Shown here: positions 59,428 through 64,000 of the stretch, in pieces
Layout: each line of letters opens with the position of its first letter
How positions within the stretch are numbered: position 1 is the first letter of the stretch
Origin: an uncultured Methanomicrobiales archaeon
GTDB taxonomy: Archaea; Halobacteriota; Methanomicrobia; Methanomicrobiales; Methanospirillaceae
Length of the DNA: 64,000 nt
Assembly (NCBI GenBank): GCA_963697895.1
Contig: OY969100.1
Coordinates: 1,088,001-1,152,000 of the forward strand
Direction: 5' to 3'
Position numbers and translations under genes: made by a program
The notes under the pieces: generated by a model
The model's database searches: none
Told to the model about the DNA's origin: nothing
The model's input: the letters and a program-made list of their open reading frames with translations, nothing else

Positions 59428-60699
59428 TCATGCTTGTCGTTCCGGTGGCTTCATGAGAATATACGCGACGAAAAAGCCGATGATCGCCAGGACAAACACC
59501 CAGGGAAATACACCCGAATAGTTCCCCGTCGTGGTTTTGATGAACCCGGCAAGCTGCGGGCCGGCGATCGCCCCGGCACCGAATGCGAGGAAGACCAGGC
59601 CGTAACACCGCGGATAATCACCGGTCCCGAAATAGGTTGCCGTGGCCGTCGGCGCGATGGCGAGCCAGCCGCCGAGGCATCCCCAGAGCACTGCGAAGGC
59701 AATGATATACACCCCGACGCTCGGCACCTGCCACATTGCGAGGGAGGCCAGGGCGATCAGGACAAACGAGAGCATTGCGGTCTTGCCCGGGTTGAGCCGG
59801 TCGGTGAGGACCCCGAATACCAGCCTTCCCCCGCCGTTAAAGAGGGCAAAGAATCCCACGAGGGCTGTCGCGAGGCCGGTGGCGATCTGCAGCAGTTCGG
59901 TCCCGACCGGTTTCGAGATGGAAACGGCCATCAGCCCTGCGATACACCCGATGAAGTAACAGGTCCAGAGACCATAGAATGCAGGGGTCTTCACCATCTC
60001 TCTCCGGTTGCACTCGCAGGTCCCGTGCTCACCCTCTCCCGGGACCGGAGGGTTCCAGCCGGCAGGTTTCCACCCCGCTGGCGGGAAGACCAGCGGGAGG
60101 GCCAGGGGAATGGTGATGAGGATGATCCCGATCCCGAAGATACGGAAGGTGCTCATGACGCCATAAACGGCGATGAAGTACCCGGCGAGGTTTGCGGTGA
60201 TGAATGCCGAGAACCCGACCCCGAAGACGGTGAGCCCGACCGCAAGCCCCCTCCGGTCAGGGAACCACCGGGCCGCAACGGCAACCGTTGCACCGTATGC
60301 GATCCCGATGCCAATGCCCCCGATCACCCCGTACATGATGGAAAGCATGGCTATGGAGGAGACCGTCGATGCGAGCAGCCAGCCGAGGCCGGTCAGGATG
60401 CACCCGGCGATGGTGATCTTCCGGGGCCCATGGGTCTCGACGTACCTTCCGGTCAGGGCCATGGTGACCGCAAAGACGGCGAGGATTACCGAGTATGGCA
60501 GGAGCACTTCATTCGCGGTGACGGGCTGACCGAGATTTGTGGAAAAATAATCGGTGAGCGGATCGACGAAGACACTCCACGAATAGACCGTCCCGAGGCA
60601 GAGGTTGATGACCAGACCTACCGCAACGAGCACCCACCTTCCCTTCTCCGGGGGCATCCCTCGCAGCAAGGGAACTTCTCCGGCCTCACTATTCTGCAT
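59428..60699 (-). CDS. OFA (oxalate/formate antiporter) family MFS transporter
   Basis: LGTVYSWSVF, GIGIGIAYG......RWFPDRRGLA.G, NGGGR...G.LTD, YFG...Y...YG. Confidence 0.92.
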   Translation of the reverse strand: MQNSEAGEVPLLRGMPPEKGRWVLVAVGLVINLCLGTVYSWSVFVDPLTDYFSTNLGQPVTANEVLLPYSVILAVFAVTMALTGRYVETHGPRKITIAGCILTGLGWLLASTVSSIAMLSIMYGVIGGIGIGIAYGATVAVAARWFPDRRGLAVGLTVFGVGFSAFITANLAGYFIAVYGVMSTFRIFGIGIILITIPLALPLVFPPAGWKPAGWNPPVPGEGEHGTCECNRREMVKTPAFYGLWTCYFIGCIAGLMAVSISKPVGTELLQIATGLATALVGFFALFNGGGRLVFGVLTDRLNPGKTAMLSFVLIALASLAMWQVPSVGVYIIAFAVLWGCLGGWLAIAPTATATYFGTGDYPRCYGLVFLAFGAGAIAGPQLAGFIKTTTGNYSGVFPWVFVLAIIGFFVAYILMKPPERQA

Positions 60700-60927
60700 G
60701 AAATATGCTTCCCGACAGAGAGATTGTTATCCCGTACCATTCGCGACGGAAGGAAAAAGGATTTGGAAATGGGTTCGGTCAGATGTTCGTGTTGGGCTGG
60801 TTGTTTTTTTCAATCCGGGGGGAATCATCCATATTCCTCCGTGGATGCCGAGGATTCAAAACCCAATGAAGAAATGGGCGGCAATTCCATCTGTTGTCAT
60901 GAGGACTGTTTTAGTAAGAACGGGATC

Positions 60928-61095
60928 TCATTTTTCACGATATCCATGGGCGTGCGCCGCCCGTCCCTGGAGTCCTGCCTTCTCCTTTGCCTGGTCCTCG
61001 CTCTCAGGATCGTCGGGATCGAAGAAGTATTTCTTCCCGTGTTCACCCCACTGATAGTACCACCCTTCTGACGTGTGATGCTTTTCAACGGGCAT
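60928..61095 (-). CDS. 55-aa small protein (not in ORF track)
   Basis: MPVEKHHTSEGWYYQWGEHGKKYFFDPDDPESEDQAKEKAGLQGRAAHAHGYREK; GGTGA RBS 3 nt upstream. Confidence 0.7.
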   Translation of the reverse strand: MPVEKHHTSEGWYYQWGEHGKKYFFDPDDPESEDQAKEKAGLQGRAAHAHGYREK

Positions 61096-61236
61096 ACGTC
61101 ACCATCCGGCCTCTGGCACGTTCAATCCATCGATACCCCTGATACTGCAACAGACCTGAACCGATATCCGGTAAGATCCTTGCCATAATATCGGGTATAT
61201 CCCTCGCGGTTTGAACCATCCTCCCCATTTCCCCCC

Positions 61237-61569
61237 CTAGACCGGTCCGCCGATCGTAGGGAGGAACAGTCCCACGATGCTTGCCGCTATCCAGATGATC
61301 ACCGCAATAACCAGGGATTTGAGCCAGCCGATCTTGTAGAGGAACTGGAGTGCCAGCAGCCAGAAGATACCGGCGATAAACGCGGCAAGCAGCCCGGTAC
61401 CAAGGAAATAAGCGGCGATGGTATAGATGACCGAACCGATTACCGCCGCAAGAAGTGCCGTTAACAGGCCTTCCTTTTCACCGAATAATCTGGTTATGGC
61501 ATAAATGATCACCGTCGAGATGATCAAGGCAATTATGAATGATATGATCGGAGTAGCATACGAGACCAT
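61237..61569 (-). CDS. Hypothetical 4-TM membrane protein
   Basis: Hydrophobic 110 aa; GEKEG..TAL.AA, Y.IGWLKS. Confidence 0.75.
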   Translation of the reverse strand: MVSYATPIISFIIALIISTVIIYAITRLFGEKEGLLTALLAAVIGSVIYTIAAYFLGTGLLAAFIAGIFWLLALQFLYKIGWLKSLVIAVIIWIAASIVGLFLPTIGGPV

Positions 61570-61730
61570 GAGGCTTCCCTTCCTTTTCAAAGGTATTAAT
61601 CTTATGCTGCAGGGGGTGACGCAGGGATCTGTTTTTCATCGACCTCTCTTTGCAGCTTCACACCTATGGCGGGCAGGGCAACCTATATCAGGATAAACGG
61701 CATCCTGCCCAGAAAGGAGGGTGAACCGAA

Positions 61731-62756
61731 ATGGCACCTGCCGTACACAAAAAAGAAGAACTGAAGATCACCCGCATCATCGATGCACCGCGTGAGCGGG
61801 TATGGAACGCATGGACCGACCCCGAACAGCTAAAAAAGTGGTGGGGACCAAAGGGTTTCACCGCACCGTTTGCCAGGATGGATGTCCGCGTGGGTGGAAC
61901 GTACCTCTCCTGCATGCGATCTCCGGACGGGAAGGACTACTGGTCCACCGGCGTCTTCCGCGAGGTTGTCCCGGGAACACGCCTGGTCATGACCGATTCC
62001 TTTGCCGACGAGAAGGGCAACGTGGTCCCGGGGTCGTACTACGGGATGGCCCCGGACTTCCCCCGGGAGATGCTGATCACCGTTACCTTCGAGGACGCAG
62101 ACGGCAGGACGAAACTCACCCTGAAACATTCCGGCGCCAGGAACATCACCGGAACGGATCTGGCCAACATGACGCAGGGATGGAACGAATCCCTGGACAA
62201 GCTTGCGGCATTCATCGAAAAGCCCAAAGGCGGAGGAGCCATGATGCCGGCATCGAAGAAGTACCGTGCCAGGCTCATCGCCGAGCCGGGAAAACAGGAG
62301 TTCGTCGTTATCCGTGAGTTCGACGCACCGCGGGAACTCGTCTTTACGGCCTTCACCGACCCTGACCTGTACGTCCGGTGGATCGGGCCGCGGAGACTCA
62401 CCACAAAGCTGGAGACGTTCGAGTCGCGATCCGGAGGCCGGTGGCGGTATATATCGAAGGACAAGGACGGGAACGAGTTCGCCTTCCACGGGGTGAACCA
62501 CGAGGTCTTACCGCCCGGGCGGATCATCGGCACCTTCGAGTTCGAAGGACTTCCTGAGACCGGGCATGTCCTCCTCCAGAAAGCGACATTCGAGGCGCTG
62601 CCCGGCAACCGGACACGGTTTACCGGCCAGTCCGTCTTCCTGTCGCTGGAAGATCGCGACGGGATGCTCGGGTCCGGCATGGAGGAGGGCATGAACGAAT
62701 CCTACGACCGTCTCGATGAACTGCTGGAGGAGCTGAAGAAAAAACAGGGAAAATAA
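61731..62756 (+). CDS. Tandem double SRPBCC/AHSA1 (START-like) domain protein
   Basis: Two domains, each R..DAPRE.V..A(W/F)TDP.....W.GP ... G...S.D.L; internal RBS and ATG at 62241. Confidence 0.88.
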   Translation: MAPAVHKKEELKITRIIDAPRERVWNAWTDPEQLKKWWGPKGFTAPFARMDVRVGGTYLSCMRSPDGKDYWSTGVFREVVPGTRLVMTDSFADEKGNVVPGSYYGMAPDFPREMLITVTFEDADGRTKLTLKHSGARNITGTDLANMTQGWNESLDKLAAFIEKPKGGGAMMPASKKYRARLIAEPGKQEFVVIREFDAPRELVFTAFTDPDLYVRWIGPRRLTTKLETFESRSGGRWRYISKDKDGNEFAFHGVNHEVLPPGRIIGTFEFEGLPETGHVLLQKATFEALPGNRTRFTGQSVFLSLEDRDGMLGSGMEEGMNESYDRLDELLEELKKKQGK

Positions 62757-62986
62757 CGGAAAGGGATTCATTGAAAACGATCTGCAGGATAGGAGGAGAT
62801 CGGTTCATATTCGCTTTGTAAAGGAAAGGACGATGATAGTCCCGTGATTACCGGTCTGGCAGATGAAAAGCAGGGCTGCCGGGAACATTCTCCCTTTACC
62901 ATTCTGATTGGGCGAGATAGAGCAAATATATTCCTTATCGGTTGGAAAAATTCATACGTTCAAAACGTTACTCTTCCTCCATTCGA

Positions 62987-63916
62987 GTGATTACCCTGAT
63001 CGATGCTGAGAACCTCACCAGGAAATTCGGCGATATTACCGCGGTCGACAACCTGACGTTTCATATCCCGGAAGGAGAGGTCTTCGGCCTCCTGGGGCCC
63101 AACGGTGCAGGGAAGACCACCACGGTGAGAATGCTCTGCTGTCTCATCGCGAAGACCAGCGGGGAAGGGAGGATCGCCGGGTACGATATCGGAGACGAAG
63201 CAGGTTCACTGAAGATACGCAAGATCATCGGCCTGATCCCTGAAAATGTCGGGCTTTACGGTCCACTGAGCGTATACCGGAACCTGGATTTTTACGCCCG
63301 GCTGTACGAGCGGACCGAACAGCAGAGGAAGGAGAGTATCGAGCGCCTGCTCAGACTGCTGGGGCTCTGGGAGCAGAGAGACCAGCCTGCGGACACGCTT
63401 TCCAAGGGGATGAAACAGAAAGTGGCCATCGCCCGGGCGCTGGTCCATGATCCGGAGATCCTTTTCCTCGACGAGCCCACCGCGAACCTGGACCCCGAGG
63501 CGGCAAAAACGGTCCGGGACTTCATCCTCGAACTGAAGAAGGAGGAGAAGACCATCTTCCTCAACACCCACAACCTGGACGAGGCCCAGAAGCTCTGCGA
63601 CCGCATCGGGATCCTGAAAACCCACCTGCTCCGAATCGGAACACCGGAGGAGCTGAAGGAATCGCTCTGGGGCAGTAAGACCGTCATCCAGCTGCAGGAA
63701 GTCAGCGACTCCATTGTTGAGGCGGTACGAAAGCAGACTCAAAACAAGGTGACAGTCGAGGATCACCGTCTGGTGATCGACGTGATGGACGCCGGGCAGG
63801 AAAATCCCGGCCTGGTGCAGGCCATCGTTGCCGCGGGGGGCCGTGTCCAGTACGTCCAGGAACTCGCTCCGACCCTGGAGGACGTATACCTGCAGATCGT
63901 GAGGGAGAACAAATGA
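62987..63916 (+). CDS. ABC transporter ATP-binding protein
   Basis: GPNGAGKTT, LSKGMKQK, FLDEPTANLD, NTHNL; GTG start inferred. Confidence 0.93.
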   Translation: MITLIDAENLTRKFGDITAVDNLTFHIPEGEVFGLLGPNGAGKTTTVRMLCCLIAKTSGEGRIAGYDIGDEAGSLKIRKIIGLIPENVGLYGPLSVYRNLDFYARLYERTEQQRKESIERLLRLLGLWEQRDQPADTLSKGMKQKVAIARALVHDPEILFLDEPTANLDPEAAKTVRDFILELKKEEKTIFLNTHNLDEAQKLCDRIGILKTHLLRIGTPEELKESLWGSKTVIQLQEVSDSIVEAVRKQTQNKVTVEDHRLVIDVMDAGQENPGLVQAIVAAGGRVQYVQELAPTLEDVYLQIVRENK

Positions 63917-64000
63917 GGCTCTCCATCGCATGGATCATCGCGTCGAAGGAGCTCTCCATCTTCCGGAAAAAGAAGAGCATCTTCTACAGCGTGATCATCT
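63913..64000 (+). CDS. ABC permease, N-terminus only (window end)
   Basis: ATGA overlap; MRLSIAWIIASKELSIFRKKKSIFYSVII. Confidence 0.75.
   Translation, partial: MRLSIAWIIASKELSIFRKKKSIFYSVII

Noticed and set aside
1-64000. Mobile elements, prophage, rRNA/tRNA genes
   Set aside because: No transposase, integrase, capsid or terminase ORFs, terminal inverted repeats or RNA gene signatures recognised

Overview
A gene-dense, GC-rich (about 55-60% by eye) chromosomal window. It is probably from a methanogenic archaeon, most likely Methanomicrobiales; this is inferred from DUF1059/DUF2769/DUF2299/DUF4013/DUF5518-type genes, LAAGC lipobox lipoproteins, TATA-like promoters and oligo-T terminators. 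Most genes are accessory: transporters (2 APC, 2 MFS, 2 ABC, P-type ATPase, Kv-type channel, CLC, MntP), redox enzymes, three radical SAM proteins, an arylsulfatase with its maturase, and many local duplications. I found no rRNA, full tRNA, CRISPR array, transposase or integrase. The standout is an AT-rich stand-alone ORF at 36641-37576 that matches the bacterial-type gasdermin (bGSDM) pore-forming fold. It lacks the usual N-terminal Cys, has a long Gly-rich C-terminal tail and has no adjacent protease. It abuts a cardiolipin synthase, and a patatin phospholipase lies about 3 kb away. Other observations: a tandem triplet of blue-copper lipoproteins facing a PQQ-type dehydrogenase lipoprotein, a decayed sulfatase-maturase remnant, tandem repeats grown from gene 3' ends, three microproteins below the ORF-track cutoff, and several single-base indels that may be assembly errors. 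All family calls come from motif recognition by eye; no searches were run.
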